A stretch of DNA of 64,000 nt from Patescibacteria group bacterium (GTDB lineage Bacteria > Omnitrophota > Gorgyraeia > Gygaellales > Profunditerraquicolaceae): contig DATJPV010000030.1 of NCBI GenBank assembly GCA_035506195.1, positions 22,662-86,661 on the forward strand, given 5' to 3'. Numbering within the stretch: the first letter of the stretch is position 1; every line of letters starts with the position of its first letter. Positions 59,602 to 64,000 of this stretch are shown here, piece after piece. The position numbers were made by a program, and so were the translations under genes. The notes beneath the pieces were generated by a model, which saw only the letters and a list, made by a program, of their open reading frames with translations, was not told the DNA's origin and did not search any database.

Positions 59602-60291
59602 TTATTTAAGGTTCTCTTGCGGTTCGGAAACCCCTGCCGCCGCAGGAGACGCAGGAACGGATACCGTTTTGTCTGCGTTATTCTTAACCTTGGTCACGCG
59701 AGGCAAAATGACGACCTCAACGCGACGATTGAGTTGGCGGCCTTCCTTGGTATCATTGGTGGCAACCGGCCGGTACTCACCGTAGCCAATCGCCGAAAGC
59801 CGATCCCCGGAAAGTTTACCTGCGTCGGCCAGGTAATGCAGCACGCTTAAGGCCCTGGCAGCGGAAAGCTCCCAGTTCGACTTCCATCCGGAAAATTTGA
59901 TCGGTTGATTATCGGTATGTCCTTCGATACCGACGGAAAACTCCGGCACGTTCTCGCGCAATACGGTAGCGACTTTATCGAGGGTCGGATACGCCTCGGG
60001 TTTTATCTTGGCCTTGCCGGAATCAAACAGGACGTCGGCCACAAAAGTGATCACCAGCCCCTTTTCCATCATTGCCAGGCGCACCTGCTTGTCTTTTATT
60101 TCTTGAGCCAACCGGTCCTGGAGCAAGGCCTGGGTCTGTTTCAGGTCATCCAGTTGGCGGTTGAGCTGTTCGATCTTTTCCGTATCGGAACGCCTGCCTT
60201 TCTGGAAAATAAAAGTGCAGCCCGACAAAAGAAAACTGGCGGATACTAGGCTGACGATGAATACAAAAAGATAAACGGATATGCGTTTCAT
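59602..60291 (-). CDS. OmpA/Pal-like peptidoglycan-associated lipoprotein
   Basis: Lipobox LLSGC. OmpA_C-like domain (GHTDNQPIKFSGWKSNWELSAARALSVLHYLADAG...NRRVEVVIL). 229 aa. Confidence 0.8.
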   Translation of the reverse strand: MKRISVYLFVFIVSLVSASFLLSGCTFIFQKGRRSDTEKIEQLNRQLDDLKQTQALLQDRLAQEIKDKQVRLAMMEKGLVITFVADVLFDSGKAKIKPEAYPTLDKVATVLRENVPEFSVGIEGHTDNQPIKFSGWKSNWELSAARALSVLHYLADAGKLSGDRLSAIGYGEYRPVATNDTKEGRQLNRRVEVVILPRVTKVKNNADKTVSVPASPAAAGVSEPQENLK

Positions 60292-60324
60292 ACCGGCACC
60301 CTCCTATTTTTAGGACGGAACTTA

Positions 60325-60353
60325 ACTATAACACAATCAAATACTTTAGTCAA
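60325..60353 (-). promoter_or_regulatory. Sigma70-like promoter for the OmpA-like/coiled-coil operon
   Basis: Minus strand TTGACT-17nt-TATAGT, about 30 nt upstream of the start, followed by an AGGAGGG SD. Confidence 0.5.
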
Positions 60354-60374
60354 TATTTTTTATGGGATGATCGC

Positions 60375-62905
<2,531 letters not shown>

Positions 62906-62923
62906 GTCTTTGACGTTCTCCTT

Positions 62924-64000
62924 TTAATGTTTGAATATTTTTTTAAGCTCTTCCTTGCTGGGTACCCCCTGCGAAGAGAATACCTCCTGATTGTCCGCAA
63001 GGTATGTCGGCCCGAACAGGATCTTTAATTCCTTATTCAAAGCGGTATTTTCCCGTAGTAGCTGCGCGCCCTCCGGCCCTCTGGCGCAGGTTTTGATCTT
63101 GGCTTCGTCCATCTCTGAGGCGCAATCCTGCCACCAGGAGCTGGTGTTATTTTTGGCCCGGCAGATAATATAATCCCAGAAACGTGACGGGTAATATTTC
63201 TGCACGCAGACAGAACGCAGGTATTCTTCAACCTCAAGGTTGCCGCCTGCGGCGTCAAAAACACCCTTGTCTTCCAGGGCCAGGAAGTGCACGGTCGGCT
63301 CAAGCTCCCGTATCGCGCTCAACAGCGCCTGGGAATCTTTGGCGAATAAATTTATGAACAGGTCTATGGCGCCCTTGCGCTTGGGCCGCTCCAGGAAATA
63401 GGCGATACCGGCAAGCTGCGGCTTAACCATATAATAGTCTCCTTTTATCTCCAGGTTCTCCTGCATCAGGTCGAACGTCTTCTCTTTCACAACCTCTTTG
63501 CCCAGCAAGTACGCCGGCAGCCCCTGGATGCCGAAATCTTTTACCAGCTTGAGGGCCTGCGCATCCGGATAGGTAAGGTACGAAATAACCAGGCCCGGAA
63601 AACGCGACCTCAAGAAATTGATCATGCCTTCCGTCTCGCACACCATGCAGCCCCTGGGTTTGATGATGGTCAAGCCGACCTTGGTAGGCTCGATGAACTG
63701 GCAGCTTGCCTTGATGCTGCCGGCATCCTGGCAGATGCCGACAAGCCCTTCCTTCCCGCAGTTGAGATCGGAAAAACAACGCGGCAAAATCGCCGTTGCG
63801 TCGGGGTCGTTCTCCACGGCGTCGGATAGACGCAGGTCTTCGACCTTGCTATCGATGATCTTTTTATTCTTGACCGTCACCGACACGTAACAGAGCCTGC
63901 GGCCCTGCCATGACGTCTTGGCAATCAAGGTAGCGCCGACCTTGGCGGCCGGCTGTTCGCCGGTAAGCTTGTGGCCGGCAATGATAATGTCGATACCCGG
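62924..64000 (-). CDS. Cys-rich protein with a C-terminal thioredoxin/DsbA-like fold, partial (frame remains open upstream of the track start, out of the window)
   Basis: CMVC (CxxC) motif and C-terminal GPTYLADNQEVFSSQGVPSKEELKKIF DsbA-like segment. Further Cys cluster CFSDLNCGKEGLVGICQDAGSIKASCQ. No stop between 63929 and 64000 in frame (…GIDIIIAGHKLTGEQPAAKVGAT-LIAKTSW…). Confidence 0.5.
   Translation of the reverse strand, partial: PGIDIIIAGHKLTGEQPAAKVGATLIAKTSWQGRRLCYVSVTVKNKKIIDSKVEDLRLSDAVENDPDATAILPRCFSDLNCGKEGLVGICQDAGSIKASCQFIEPTKVGLTIIKPRGCMVCETEGMINFLRSRFPGLVISYLTYPDAQALKLVKDFGIQGLPAYLLGKEVVKEKTFDLMQENLEIKGDYYMVKPQLAGIAYFLERPKRKGAIDLFINLFAKDSQALLSAIRELEPTVHFLALEDKGVFDAAGGNLEVEEYLRSVCVQKYYPSRFWDYIICRAKNNTSSWWQDCASEMDEAKIKTCARGPEGAQLLRENTALNKELKILFGPTYLADNQEVFSSQGVPSKEELKKIFKH

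Overview
Chromosomal fragment from a high-GC bacterium (roughly 55-60% GC by eye), probably a diderm anaerobe: lipoprotein LxxC signals, a Pal/OmpA-like protein, RseP and MurA are present. It is densely packed with about 65 genes, and all but one (rpmB, plus strand) are on the minus strand. There are no transposases, integrases, CRISPR repeats, rRNA or tRNA genes, so this is core genome rather than an accessory island. Recognisable content, from high to low coordinates on the minus strand: a partial Cys-rich thioredoxin-fold gene and an HMGL-like synthase; purA; an OmpA/Pal-like lipoprotein operon; a GH57 branching enzyme with a DUF4912 partner; uppS-cdsA-dxr-rseP-ispG-proS; rimP-nusA-infB; trpS-scpA-ruvB; a queuosine/tRNA-modification neighbourhood (queH, queA, tgt, trmD) with rplS, rnhB and yraN; a C1/tetrahydrofolate block (fhs-fchA-folD-metF) ending in a solitary acetyl-CoA synthase catalytic subunit gene (acsB); a GT39 membrane glycosyltransferase and a secreted TPR protein; polA; glgA-coaE-rho-rpmE-prfA-prmC-murA; a trp operon (trpG-D-C-F-B-A, no trpE); an M16 peptidase; a CNNM/CBS membrane protein; rsfS-argS-recJ; rpmB (plus strand); a UvrD-helicase/PD-(D/E)XK nuclease fusion; a PAS protein, a mini-MscS and an M48 protease; rpsO-pnp. 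The items most worth a second look are: (1) acsB embedded in a methyl-branch Wood-Ljungdahl operon with no CODH, CFeSP or methyltransferase genes in the window; (2) a short TrxR-like flavoprotein with a Cys-rich tail next to metF; (3) trpF with no stop codon, reading in-frame into a signal-peptide DUF2059-like ORF that has its own Shine-Dalgarno and ATG; (4) a 76-nt near-perfect extended hairpin overlapping the polA stop codon; (5) a ProS that lacks the INS editing domain and carries a CxxC...CxxC insertion. Caveats: most long plus-strand ORFs in the six-frame track are antisense artefacts of high GC. Coordinates of small motifs (promoters, hairpins) were read by eye and may be off by 1-2 nt; CDS coordinates follow the ORF track, with a few starts re-assigned to the internal Met/Val that matches family N-termini.
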